Source of the DNA: a virus
Lineage: Duplodnaviria > Caudoviricetes
Reading direction: 5' to 3' (one strand)
Length of the DNA stretch: 56,445 nucleotides
Virus record (IMG/VR): IMGVR_UViG_3300031718_000013
Coordinates: 1 to 56,445 of that record
Shown in pieces: positions 25,204 to 35,132 of the stretch. Made by a program: the position numbers and the translations under genes. A model generated the notes under the pieces. It did not search any database. It worked only from the letters and a program-made list of their open reading frames with translations, and had not been told where the DNA came from. Position 1 is the stretch's first letter; every line of letters begins with the position of its first letter.

Positions 25204-27857
25204 ACGCCTTCCTGATCGGCCTGCTCCTGTCCGGTACGTCGCAGGGACTGGTCGCGCCACTGCCGCCGTGGTGCTCGCCGAACTCGCATAAGCCGGGATG
25301 CGGCGGTGGAAGCTCGGTCAATCCGACTGTTCCCGCGAATCTGAAATCGACGTCGACCGTCGTACAATGCACGGCGACGGCTGGAAACAATACCCTCACG
25401 GCCTGCTCGCCCTCGGGCATCATTGCCGTGGGAGATGCGATCGCAATACCTGCTGCTGGCCCAACGCCGGTCATCGCGGCACCGTCGATCAATGCGATCA
25501 ACTACGTGTCCTCGAGCATGGGGGTGAATCCGCCTCACACTGGCACTTGCGTCCATTGCTACGCGGCGTCCGCGATCGAACTGGATAACCTCTCAGAGAC
25601 CGGATGCGGGCAGGCGTGGTGTACGCAGGCGACCGAGCCTTGCACGCTGAGCGCGGGGCAGGAAGAGAACGTGATCATCACGCCGGTAACTGGCGCGCTG
25701 TCCTATGTGATGCACGCCTGCACGGTGCCGACTGCCACGGCAACGAGCACGGCAACCGCTACGGCGACGGCGAGCGCATCTCCGACGAGCACTGCCACGG
25801 CGACGGCCACAGCCACAGCAAGCACCAGCGCCACGGCGACTGCTACCGCGACCGCAACTCCGAGCGCCACAGCGACTAGCACCGCGACCGCGACCTCGAC
25901 GGCTACCGCGACGACGACCCCAGCGGTGACGGCCACTCCGACGCCCACGCCGAGCGCGGTCCCGACCAACTCGCCAGCCTGCACGCCGCTGAGTGTCGCA
26001 TGGCCGATCCCGCAAGCAATCCTGCCGGGTTATCCGGACATGGGCCTGACGAACGTGCAAGGTGACGCCTGCGGTGCTCCCACGCATGGGACGATCTATG
26101 GGACGGTGACGGTTGTTACGAACTCCACGATCACCTATTCAGGGCCAGCGCCTACGATCAATGGCTCGGTGAGCGTGGTCGAAGAGAACGGCGCCACGAT
26201 CAACGCCAAGAGTGCGTCGTACACCGCGGCGACTCCGCCTGGCGGGGCCGTGAACGTGATTCCCACTGGCGACTATTATTTCGCGCGGGTTCTGACGGTG
26301 CCCAACCAAGTCACGTTAGCTGCTCAGGCACCTAGCGGCGTCGAGTACCCGGGGAAGGCAGTCGCGATTCCGCCATTGGGATCGCTTGAGAACGGGACTC
26401 GCCTAATCTCGGCACTGCCGGATCATCTTTTCGGCGTTCAAATGTGGAACGGGGTGAACGAGGGATTCAAGAATTTCGTGCTCGACATGACCCATATCAA
26501 CGCGAGCTCGACGGTCAGCCGCGGGCAGACGGGAATCATCGGAGATGCGGACGGGACGCCGGGGCAGCAGATCAGCAATAACAAAGCGCGCATCAGCCAT
26601 ATCGAGATTTACGGCGCCGCGACGTGGGGCCGCTTCGGCGGGAACTTGACGATCGCCAACCAGGCACCACAGACGGACGTGAGTGAGACCACCGTCGAGG
26701 ACTCTCACGGCTACAATGACAGCAGCATTGGGGGTACGGGCCAAGCGGCTTACGGCATCCTTCTGGTGGGTGGAAACGTCTTCCGCGACACGATTGACCG
26801 GACGACGATGCTCGGCAATGCGATGTGTCAGGGCTATACCTTGCTGGGCACTGGATCCCTAAACGCTCTCTACGACGATGAGATGGCGGGAACGTGCGCG
26901 CAGTCCTCGGGGAAAGCTGGCTACGGGCTGTGGCTGAACACCGGGAATACTCAACTCGTGTTGGGCTTCCATACCGAAGGCCCGCATCTGCTCGATTCGC
27001 TCTATGTCGCGCCGAGTGTTGGCGAGATCCTTCAAGGCAGCAACGGCGGCGAGACCGTTCCGCTTCTGGTGATCGGCGGGAGCTCGCTCTTTAACAACGT
27101 CGAGCATTTAGGAACCGGGGCGATCGTTGACCTTGGCAATATGAGCGTCCCGACCGGCGTGTGGGCGATGGAGAGCACGGTGTCCACGGTGATCGGCGGC
27201 TTGGGACAGTGGCAGGCGACGGTAGCGGGCGGCGGTGTGACTGGCGACACGATCGGGGCGAGTTCGGACGTGACGTTGGGAACGCATGTCAGCAGGCTCG
27301 TGGTGGCTCCAAGCATAGACGAATTTGGAACCTTGGGGTCGGCGGCGTACTACACATCGCCTGGTGTGCGGACCTCGACGCGGGGCTGGTGCCAAGGGGC
27401 GAGCATCGTTACTGGCGGCTTCGATATTCTGCCGATGGCGATCAACGCGAATAACTGGGCACCGAATACGACCTATTCGAGCGGTGAGCAGATCATCCCA
27501 TCCCAAACCGGATCGGGTGGCGGCTACTCATCCGTGTTCCAGAACGAAGGCGGCTCTTGCACGACCGGCAGCAGTCCCCCTGAATGGTGTCGCGGACCGC
27601 TGTGTGTGAACGCGGATGGCGGCTGTAATCAGTGGCAGTGGATAAGCAATTCCTGCGTTACGCCAGTCTTGTCGATCTTCCCGACTGGCCCGAAATTCAC
27701 CTGCTATTATGCGAGTCAACTGCCGACGCTGAATGTGACGATGGGAACCCCGGCTTGCGTGCTCGATTGGAACGGGACGCCGGGAACGTGCGTGGGCGGT
27801 AGCTACGGAAACTATAAGCTCGCGATCTACAATGGGACGCGGTGGCAGTGCCAATAA
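25176..27857 (+). CDS. Large Cys-rich tail-fibre/spike-like protein with hydrophobic leader and Thr-Ala linker
   Basis: GGAGG then GTG at 25176; VLNAFLIGLLLSGTSQG leader; beta-helix-like middle; WAPNTTYSSG CBM-like motif; AIYNGTRW end. Confidence 0.7.
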   Translation: MCRHLRTVLNAFLIGLLLSGTSQGLVAPLPPWCSPNSHKPGCGGGSSVNPTVPANLKSTSTVVQCTATAGNNTLTACSPSGIIAVGDAIAIPAAGPTPVIAAPSINAINYVSSSMGVNPPHTGTCVHCYAASAIELDNLSETGCGQAWCTQATEPCTLSAGQEENVIITPVTGALSYVMHACTVPTATATSTATATATASASPTSTATATATATASTSATATATATATPSATATSTATATSTATATTTPAVTATPTPTPSAVPTNSPACTPLSVAWPIPQAILPGYPDMGLTNVQGDACGAPTHGTIYGTVTVVTNSTITYSGPAPTINGSVSVVEENGATINAKSASYTAATPPGGAVNVIPTGDYYFARVLTVPNQVTLAAQAPSGVEYPGKAVAIPPLGSLENGTRLISALPDHLFGVQMWNGVNEGFKNFVLDMTHINASSTVSRGQTGIIGDADGTPGQQISNNKARISHIEIYGAATWGRFGGNLTIANQAPQTDVSETTVEDSHGYNDSSIGGTGQAAYGILLVGGNVFRDTIDRTTMLGNAMCQGYTLLGTGSLNALYDDEMAGTCAQSSGKAGYGLWLNTGNTQLVLGFHTEGPHLLDSLYVAPSVGEILQGSNGGETVPLLVIGGSSLFNNVEHLGTGAIVDLGNMSVPTGVWAMESTVSTVIGGLGQWQATVAGGGVTGDTIGASSDVTLGTHVSRLVVAPSIDEFGTLGSAAYYTSPGVRTSTRGWCQGASIVTGGFDILPMAINANNWAPNTTYSSGEQIIPSQTGSGGGYSSVFQNEGGSCTTGSSPPEWCRGPLCVNADGGCNQWQWISNSCVTPVLSIFPTGPKFTCYYASQLPTLNVTMGTPACVLDWNGTPGTCVGGSYGNYKLAIYNGTRWQCQ
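25731..25920 (+). repeat. Coding Thr/Ala/Ser repeat linker
   Basis: Seen directly. Confidence 0.9.
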
Positions 27858-29932
27858 GGAAGTTCCTCTGGCTCGCGCTTTTGGCGCTTGCCGGTTGCGC
27901 CGCGCCAGCATCGACGAACGTGATTCACCTTGCAAACGGCGACCCTAAGTGTATGACGGGGCAATTCGTGACCGGAATGAGTCCTATGGCCTGCTCAGGG
28001 GGATTGGCGACCGGCGTGGAGAACGTGACCACCTTCGGTGCGACAGGGCAGGGTTTAGTCACTGACGCGCCAAGCTCACAGGCGGCAATCAACGCGGCGG
28101 GCGTCAGCCACTCGACGGGCTTCGGCGGCAACGACAACGGCACCCAGGTCGTGTTCCCGCCAGGATATTACCTGCTCGATTATCCGCTGTGGCTAAATCA
28201 AAGCGGCGTGTCTCTGGTCGGGATGGGCACCTTCGCCTCGGCACTCGGACCCACCTACGACTTCGGGCCGACGATCGTAGCCACGGAATCCACCTATGCC
28301 GGGATGCCGACGCACGCATCGCTGGTGACGGGTGCGGGCGCGGCCTTCGACTTCACGCAGAATCAACTCAAGTACTGGCTGAACCTGCGCGAGTGGGACG
28401 GCGTGAATGGGCCGTTCGGCACGCATAGCGGCTTGAACATGAACGGCCTCGGCGCGTTCTCTATCGAAGCCTTCGTGAATGACAAGACCGCTGGCGATGG
28501 AACAATAGTCAGTAGCGGCGGCACGCCTGACAGCGTGACGGGATTCGTACAGGCGTTTCAGCTAGGGATCAATGGTGGCAACTGGCAGGCCCGATTCTTG
28601 ACGACCACGAATGGCTACCTGAACACTGCGGGCGCGGTGTCCCTCAACACGCTGGAATACCTGCTGTTCCAGTACACCGGCTCCCATTACTGCATCTACG
28701 TCTGCACGCCGGGAAGCACGAACTGCGCGGTGACTGCTTCAGGAACTGCGACGGGCACCTTAATTCAGAATCCGCTCGAAGATGTGACGATAGGCCCGCA
28801 GGCTGCGATTTCGCCGAACAGTTCCCGCGAAGGCAACGCCATCAACGGCTACATCGACTCCGTGCGCATCTCCAGCGTGGCGCGCTATAGCGCGGGCGGT
28901 CTCTGCGACACGATAGCCAGCGTGCCGAATGCGAAGCTCACAGCGGACGCGAACACGTTGATTCTCACGAATGGCGAAAAAGACCCGAACGGGCTGACGG
29001 TGAAAGCCTACGACGGCGCGAGCACTTACGGTTGGCTCTTTCCCTACAACATCACCTCGGCGACGGGAGTAAGCCGGATCTCGATCAGCAACCTCGCGAT
29101 CAACCCGACGCAGTTCAAGGACGTGTCGGGAATCATCGCGGAGAGCGTCCACGACTCGCAGTTTGGGCCGCTCTACATGACGCCGAACATCGAAGCGCCG
29201 ATTGAGATGTTCAACCTGTCCTATAACAACAACCACGTTCACGACATCTACGCGATAGGACCGGGGCGCTTCGGAATCGCGAATCTCGGTGGCGGCTTCA
29301 ACCAGTTCGACAACCTGAGAATGCGCACCTACTTCGCCTGCTACGACATGGTGATCGGATCGGGATCGTTGCGGAACGCGCTCTGCGCGGACAACACCGG
29401 CGGCGGCGTGGCGTATCGGTTGATAACCGGTGGCGGGGCGAATGTCGATGACTATAGCCCTGCGAACGACTTCGAGAACGGCGGCAACATGAAGGCCAAC
29501 GTCTTGCAGACCGGCGGCGGCAACGTGCAGATTCACGGCGGTGCACTGGCGACGACCGACAACGCCCCGCTTGTGTGGATGGATGGCGGTGGCAATGCGA
29601 CCCTGACCGGAACTGCCTTGGGAGCGACGGGCACACCGAGCGAGATAGTCCATTCGACCGGCACGGCGGGAACGGTGCAATTCACCAACTCGCAATTCGC
29701 CAGCGGGCTAAGTGCGGTGTCGATAGATGACGTGGCGGGAGTGTCGGTGGTGACGCCGTGCAAGGGCAAGGTGACGCTATCCAGCGGCTCGGGCACCTTC
29801 ACCAACACCTGCGTCAGGGCCAACAGCCAGTGCGGCGTGAGCGCGGCGCATACCTGCACGCCGACAGTTAGCGCGGGCAGTGTGGCCTTATCGGGAACGG
29901 GGAGCGACGTATGCAGCATAAATTGCAACTAG
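27848..29932 (+). CDS. Lipoprotein-signal, pectate-lyase-like beta-helix (tailspike-like) protein with inserted LamG/ConA domain
   Basis: IRKFLWLALLALAG-C lipobox; ENVTTFGATG.G..TD....QAAINAA...VVFPPGYY; FSIEAFV...GYIDSVRIS.VARY. Confidence 0.8.
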   Translation: MPIRKFLWLALLALAGCAAPASTNVIHLANGDPKCMTGQFVTGMSPMACSGGLATGVENVTTFGATGQGLVTDAPSSQAAINAAGVSHSTGFGGNDNGTQVVFPPGYYLLDYPLWLNQSGVSLVGMGTFASALGPTYDFGPTIVATESTYAGMPTHASLVTGAGAAFDFTQNQLKYWLNLREWDGVNGPFGTHSGLNMNGLGAFSIEAFVNDKTAGDGTIVSSGGTPDSVTGFVQAFQLGINGGNWQARFLTTTNGYLNTAGAVSLNTLEYLLFQYTGSHYCIYVCTPGSTNCAVTASGTATGTLIQNPLEDVTIGPQAAISPNSSREGNAINGYIDSVRISSVARYSAGGLCDTIASVPNAKLTADANTLILTNGEKDPNGLTVKAYDGASTYGWLFPYNITSATGVSRISISNLAINPTQFKDVSGIIAESVHDSQFGPLYMTPNIEAPIEMFNLSYNNNHVHDIYAIGPGRFGIANLGGGFNQFDNLRMRTYFACYDMVIGSGSLRNALCADNTGGGVAYRLITGGGANVDDYSPANDFENGGNMKANVLQTGGGNVQIHGGALATTDNAPLVWMDGGGNATLTGTALGATGTPSEIVHSTGTAGTVQFTNSQFASGLSAVSIDDVAGVSVVTPCKGKVTLSSGSGTFTNTCVRANSQCGVSAAHTCTPTVSAGSVALSGTGSDVCSINCN

Positions 29933-30885
29933 CTCTTATCGTCCTTGTGCTAGCTTGCGCACAGGTCGCGTCGGCGCAAATCAGCGGCCCCATCACGCAG
30001 GCGGTAGGCGGCGGCAATGGCGGCAATGCCGTGATCTCCATGTCGCCCACCGGCACGACGCACAGCATGATCGCTATCGCGATGTGCTCCAACTCAGCCG
30101 GAACCACCAACGTCACGGTCAGCGATGCGCACAATACTTGGGCTAGAGTGGTCGGCTATAACAACGATGGCACATCTGATGTTGAGATTTGGCGAGCGAA
30201 CAGCGTATTCGCTGGCACCTATAACGTCACGGTCGCGCGGGGCGGCTGCAATCGAGTCGCCGCGAATATCTCGGAATGGTCGGGTCTCGGTGCGTTGGAA
30301 CTGACGGGTAACGGGCATGGTTCAGCGCAATTTACAGGCACCAGCGAATCTTCGGGAACCATAACCACCACGAACGCGCAAGACCTAATCATTGGTGGGA
30401 TAGGGGACGCGAGTGATAATAGCGGCGTTCTAAGCCTCTCGTGCGGACCGACAAGTTGTACCGGCACACCGAATACTATGACTGGGTTGACTATTACTAA
30501 TAGCGGTGGTGGCTTCGTGGCGATATACCCCGCATACAGCAACTCGACGGCAGCGGGGCTGTGGCAGGAAAACATGAGCAAGGCCGGGAATAGCTCACTC
30601 GGCGCCTACAGCGGCATTCTGGTCGGGATAGAGGGGCCGACGCCCTCTGCCACCGCAACTGCTACAGCGACAGCCACGGCGACAGCGACAAGTACGGCAA
30701 CTAGCACTGCGACGGCAACCAGTACAGCCACAGCGACCGCAACTAGCACTGCGACCGCTACTGCGACCTCTACTGCAACTGCAACGGCTACAAGTACGGC
30801 CACCGCCACCAGCACAGCGACCGCGACACCCACTTGTCCCGGTCGAACCTCATCCTCGATGTGGAGGCGCGCGCTGTGCCCTTAG
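29911..30885 (+). CDS. Signal-peptide beta-sandwich protein with C-terminal Thr-Ala linker
   Basis: MQHKLQLALIVLVLACAQVASA-Q; VSD..NTW, EWSG and TTT.A.DLIIG patterns. Confidence 0.75.
   Translation: MQHKLQLALIVLVLACAQVASAQISGPITQAVGGGNGGNAVISMSPTGTTHSMIAIAMCSNSAGTTNVTVSDAHNTWARVVGYNNDGTSDVEIWRANSVFAGTYNVTVARGGCNRVAANISEWSGLGALELTGNGHGSAQFTGTSESSGTITTTNAQDLIIGGIGDASDNSGVLSLSCGPTSCTGTPNTMTGLTITNSGGGFVAIYPAYSNSTAAGLWQENMSKAGNSSLGAYSGILVGIEGPTPSATATATATATATATSTATSTATATSTATATATSTATATATSTATATATSTATATSTATATPTCPGRTSSSMWRRALCP
30649..30830 (+). repeat. Coding Thr/Ala/Ser repeat linker
   Basis: Seen directly. Confidence 0.9.
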
Positions 30886-33035
30886 CATCGAAAACCGTAC
30901 AGAACTTTCAAGGGCTTTTCGCGAATTACCAGATCCTCTCGCAGCCCAAGGGAACCGTCTCGCGCGACTCAAACTTGTGGTTTGCTACTCGCGGCGCGCT
31001 TAGGACGATCCCCGGATCGAAGATCATTTGCGCTCCGGGCGTCGGCGCTCCATCGGTTTTCTGGCGTGCGATTCAGGTGTTTTTTCCCTCGATCGCAGCA
31101 TCGTACCGGCTCTTTGCGCTTTCGGTGATCGCCAGCGGCAGTTCAACCGCTGTGATGTACGACGTCACCGGAGCGACCTGGAATACGCCTGCAGCGATGA
31201 CGATCCCGAGCCAGGGTGGATCGTTCGCCAAGCGCCCTGCCATTCTCGGCGGCACTCCACAACCGACACCAGTTCTGTTGCCCTACGCTGACAAACTGAT
31301 CGCGGCAGTCAGCGATTCCGTGCCACCGTTCGAATACGACGGATCGACGCCAGCGGCCGCACCAACCTTGAGCAGCACCGCGGGCGGTGCGCTTCCCCCG
31401 ACAACGTACTACGTTCGCGTGGTCTACAACGGTTACGCGACCCCGAGCGCTGAATCAGTCCTCGCAGTTGCAGGCGGCAACGTCCTGGTCGTTCATTCAC
31501 CGCCAGCGGTCGTGCTGCCCCTCGTGACGACCACCTATGACGTCTACGTCGGAACCTCTTCCGGAACCGAGACGAAGCAGAACACCGCGCCGATCAACAT
31601 CGGCACCAACTGGACCGAGCCAAATACCGGCCTCGTGGCAGGCGGCGCCCATCTATCCGCTCTCACCGACTCCCCCGGCGGCAAGCAGCTCATCAACGAT
31701 TTCAACTCGAATGCGAAATACGCGAAGTGGAAGCCCAATCACACCTATAGCCAGGGCAAGATCATCACGATCATTGTCGATAATATCTCGTTCGAGTACT
31801 CAGCGACTCAGCAGGGAACGACAGGCGACGGATCGGGCACTCCCGGTAATCCCAACGGTGCCGACAATGCCGACCAGTTCCCCACGCAAGTCAACGCCAC
31901 CATCGTCGACGGGGATATGGGCTGGGAGTGCTTAGGACCGCTCCCCGGGCCTCCGCCGGGTGCCGCCTACGTCTTCAACCATCTCGGCTTCCTGTGGCTC
32001 TGGGGAACGGCTAGCGACTATCTGGCGGACGGTATCTCGGGACCGGATGCAATCTGGCAATCGGGCCTGAATGACCCCGAGAGCTTCGATCCGGCCTATA
32101 CCGGGTACGTCGCCAAGGGGAACGGGGAAACGGCTCAGGGTGGCGCCGTGCTGACGCTCGAGGAAAGCGGGATCGCCGCGACTCAGCAGTTGGTGCTCTT
32201 TAAGGACGCCTCGACGTACAGCGTGTTTGGCGACTTCTCGACCTCGATCGAGATTTTGCAGGCTCCGGGCGGTGTCGGGTGCATCGCTCCAGGGACCATT
32301 CAGTTTATGGCCGATCTCGGGATTCTGCGGCTCTCGTACAAGGGCGTGACCCTCTTCGACGGGCAGAACGACACCACCGAGCTCTACACCGATCCGATCC
32401 GGTCGTACATTTTCGGCGAGATAGACCCCAACAGCGGCGCCTATGTAATTCAGCCGCTGGACTTCGCCAATATCCAACTGGCTAAATCGACTCAGGTGAA
32501 GAACCCGAGCTGCTACGCTTTCATTGCCCCGGTCCTCGGCGGCACGACGACGCGCCTGTTCATCTACGACCTCGAAGCTCAGATTTGGGCGATCGGGGAT
32601 CTGCCTTGGAATATAGGCGCGGCGAGTTTCCAGCCGACTCTTTCGGGGATGGAATCGGTCGTCGGCCTTGCGAACGATGGCACGATTCGCAGGATACTCA
32701 ATCCTTCGGACCTCGATTGGGACGGGACGCCGATCGTGTCGAGCGTGCGACTGCCGGAATTCGGTCGAGCGGCTCAACCGCTCTATATCCGGGGCTTCAA
32801 CATCCGCGCGCGAGGCTCAGGGCGCGTTACGAGCGTCACGGCGACCTATAAGGGGGTGCAGGGCAAGGAGATTCTGAGAGCGCCGCTATTGCCTCCGCAG
32901 ATGATGACTGGACCGGTCGATTTCAAGGTCAAGGTGCTCTCGGTCCATATTGACCTCGCTTTTGTCGGCCAGGTGCTGATCGAGGGGATCGAGTACCAGA
33001 TCAAAGAGAAGCAGACCACGAGGGTTGGCGCATGA
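30876..33035 (+). CDS. Probable tail nozzle (tail tubular B / gp10-like) protein
   Basis: FQGL..N, N....RGALR..PG, IWQS.L.DPESF, LVLFK, VGCIAP.TI and G...FDG propeller-type patterns. Confidence 0.7.
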   Translation: MPLASKTVQNFQGLFANYQILSQPKGTVSRDSNLWFATRGALRTIPGSKIICAPGVGAPSVFWRAIQVFFPSIAASYRLFALSVIASGSSTAVMYDVTGATWNTPAAMTIPSQGGSFAKRPAILGGTPQPTPVLLPYADKLIAAVSDSVPPFEYDGSTPAAAPTLSSTAGGALPPTTYYVRVVYNGYATPSAESVLAVAGGNVLVVHSPPAVVLPLVTTTYDVYVGTSSGTETKQNTAPINIGTNWTEPNTGLVAGGAHLSALTDSPGGKQLINDFNSNAKYAKWKPNHTYSQGKIITIIVDNISFEYSATQQGTTGDGSGTPGNPNGADNADQFPTQVNATIVDGDMGWECLGPLPGPPPGAAYVFNHLGFLWLWGTASDYLADGISGPDAIWQSGLNDPESFDPAYTGYVAKGNGETAQGGAVLTLEESGIAATQQLVLFKDASTYSVFGDFSTSIEILQAPGGVGCIAPGTIQFMADLGILRLSYKGVTLFDGQNDTTELYTDPIRSYIFGEIDPNSGAYVIQPLDFANIQLAKSTQVKNPSCYAFIAPVLGGTTTRLFIYDLEAQIWAIGDLPWNIGAASFQPTLSGMESVVGLANDGTIRRILNPSDLDWDGTPIVSSVRLPEFGRAAQPLYIRGFNIRARGSGRVTSVTATYKGVQGKEILRAPLLPPQMMTGPVDFKVKVLSVHIDLAFVGQVLIEGIEYQIKEKQTTRVGA

Positions 33036-33571
33036 GTTCGAGCACCCCTGGCATGGGCGGCGTCAGTTCGCCGGCAATCCGGCAGATGCTCCAGCGCATC
33101 TTGAAGCCACATTGCTTCCGCGGGCTGTCGGTCATGGACGTCGCCGGCCTGCAGACGGATTCACGCGGCAACGTGATTGCGTCGGTGATTTCAGACGGCG
33201 TGACGATCGCGGGCGGTATGAACGGCGTCCCGATAAGCGGGATGGGCGGTCCTGCCGGCCTCGGGACACTGATCGTGGTCACCAAGGCTTTCGGGGCGTC
33301 TCCGTTTGCGGCGGCCCTCAGTCCACAGGCAGGGACGGTTTTTCGATGCTCGGCGGGCGCTGGCGCGGATTTCGTTTTCAATCTGCCGGCCGCAACGGGT
33401 AGCGGACAGTGGTGCGTCATCAAGAAGATGGACGCCAACGCGCACAATATCGCGGTGACGCCGAACGGGGGAGATACGATCGACGGAGCGAACGCGGCGG
33501 TCAATGTGGCCGTCCAGAATGACGCGCTCTGGCTCTGCGATACGGTCGCCGGTGCGTGGGATAGTCTATAG
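33032..33571 (+). CDS. Short tail-fibre-like protein
   Basis: LPAA..G....IKK.D.....I.V...G.DTIDG pattern. Confidence 0.6.
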   Translation: MSSSTPGMGGVSSPAIRQMLQRILKPHCFRGLSVMDVAGLQTDSRGNVIASVISDGVTIAGGMNGVPISGMGGPAGLGTLIVVTKAFGASPFAAALSPQAGTVFRCSAGAGADFVFNLPAATGSGQWCVIKKMDANAHNIAVTPNGGDTIDGANAAVNVAVQNDALWLCDTVAGAWDSL

Positions 33572-33611
33572 TGACAATCAGTGTCACAACCCGTAGCGTA
33601 TGGTGTATTAT
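33571..33611 (+). promoter_or_regulatory. Possible lysis-module promoter with overlapping inverted repeat
   Basis: GTCACA-17 nt-TATTAT; GTGACA-5 nt-TGTCAC. Confidence 0.4.
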
Positions 33612-33662
33612 CAGCCCATAGCGGAAGTAGAATCCTACGAAAGGACGACCGGAGAAATATGA

Positions 33663-33980
33663 TTGTCTACCAACGGAGATGCAACGCAGAACAAGCAAGT
33701 CATCGGTTGGGCCGTGAGCGCTCTGGCGGCAATCGGCATGATGCTTTTCCAGTGGGCCATTCTCGGCAGTATTTCCGAACTCCGCACCGACGTATCCAAC
33801 TTGCGTTCCGATATGAGTAGCCTCAACGCCACGGTGTCCTCTCTGAATACGGCGGTCTCGGATATAAAGCAGGACGGAATTGACTCGAAGGCCAAGGAGC
33901 AGTCCGACGTGGACAAGCTGTGGACAGCGCAGGAGCGCACCGACGATGCTATACAAGGGCACGACGGTCGTAGAAGATAA
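33663..33980 (+). CDS. Membrane-anchored coiled-coil protein
   Basis: One TM segment followed by heptad repeats. Confidence 0.65.
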   Translation: MSTNGDATQNKQVIGWAVSALAAIGMMLFQWAILGSISELRTDVSNLRSDMSSLNATVSSLNTAVSDIKQDGIDSKAKEQSDVDKLWTAQERTDDAIQGHDGRRR

Positions 33981-33995
33981 TCGGTGAGGTAAGCG

Positions 33996-34598
33996 ATGGC
34001 TAAATCAAAGCGGCGAAAGCGTGGCGGTCCACCTGTCCGCGCCACCTTGGGAGGCTTGCTAACCGCCTTCGACGCCGCGCTCGCCATCACGCTCCAGTAC
34101 GAAGGGGGAGCCTCTAACAATCCGAACGATCCGGGTGGACTCACCTACAAAGGCATCACCCAGCAGCTTTACGAAACCTGCTGCCGCCACTACGGATGGC
34201 CGATGCAGCTCGTCACTCAAGCAACCGCCGATCAGATCCGAACGATCTACCACGATCAGTTTTGGGTGCCCGCGCGCTGTGAAGCCATGTCAGAGCCGTG
34301 GGCGATAGCGGCGTTCGACTTCGCGGTCAACTCAGGCGTGAATGCCGCGCTCATCGGAATCCAGGTCGCGCTCAAGGTCCGGGGTCTCTACAAGGGCAAG
34401 ATAGACGGCAACGTAGGCCCATTGACGCTGGCGGCGATGAAACAGAACCCGGCTACGATCCTGCTCGACCACCGCGGCGGCTTCAATCACGGATTGTGGG
34501 TGGAGAATGCGCGACTGACGGACTTTATGAACGGGTGGATCGCGAGAGACCAAGACTTGCGCGCGCGGATTTCCGCGATGTGGAAGGAAGGCGGCTAA
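33996..34598 (+). CDS. Endolysin, glycoside hydrolase family 108
   Basis: YEGG.SNNPNDPGGLTYKGITQ, FDFAVNSG, DG.VGP.TL, F.NGW..R. Confidence 0.92.
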   Translation: MAKSKRRKRGGPPVRATLGGLLTAFDAALAITLQYEGGASNNPNDPGGLTYKGITQQLYETCCRHYGWPMQLVTQATADQIRTIYHDQFWVPARCEAMSEPWAIAAFDFAVNSGVNAALIGIQVALKVRGLYKGKIDGNVGPLTLAAMKQNPATILLDHRGGFNHGLWVENARLTDFMNGWIARDQDLRARISAMWKEGG

Positions 34599-34600
34599 AG

Positions 34601-35119
34601 GTGCCCAACGAACTCGACCCCAACGGCAACGTATGGACGATAGACGCTCTCCGAGTCTATTTGCTCGCCCAGATGGCGGCGCTGCGCGAGATGATGAACT
34701 CGCAGGAAGCCACCAACAAAGAGCGGTTTCTGAACGCTGAGAAGAACGTAGCGTTCGCGCTATCTGCGGCCGAGAAGGCCGTCTCAAAATCGGACGATGC
34801 CTACAACAAGCGCTTTGAACAGGCCAACGAAACCAAATCACTAGCGGCGGACCTCGGCGCCCGGATGGCGACACGGATCGAAGTGGAGCAGCAGATCCGG
34901 GGCGTGCTCGACAAGATCGAAGGCCCCCAAGGACTCGGGCAGCGGGTCGGTGAATTGGCCAGTCGCATAGACAAGGTTGTCACGATTGGCTCGGCACAGG
35001 CGGAATTACGCGGAGAGTCGCGGTCGCAGGGGCATTGGACTGTCCAGACCGCGATCCTCAGCTTGGGGCTGATCGTCAGCTTGGCGTTCTCGATACTGTC
35101 GCTCTTTATCAAGCGTTGA
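34601..35119 (+). CDS. Coiled-coil protein with C-terminal TM segment
   Basis: 3' part of ORF 34298-35119. Confidence 0.65.
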   Translation: MPNELDPNGNVWTIDALRVYLLAQMAALREMMNSQEATNKERFLNAEKNVAFALSAAEKAVSKSDDAYNKRFEQANETKSLAADLGARMATRIEVEQQIRGVLDKIEGPQGLGQRVGELASRIDKVVTIGSAQAELRGESRSQGHWTVQTAILSLGLIVSLAFSILSLFIKR

Positions 35120-35132
35120 AGGAGGCAAAGCG

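Noticed and set aside
23711-30830. CRISPR array or DGR template/variable repeats
   Set aside because: These are in-frame Thr-Ala codon repeats without spacers; no cas or reverse transcriptase gene was recognised.
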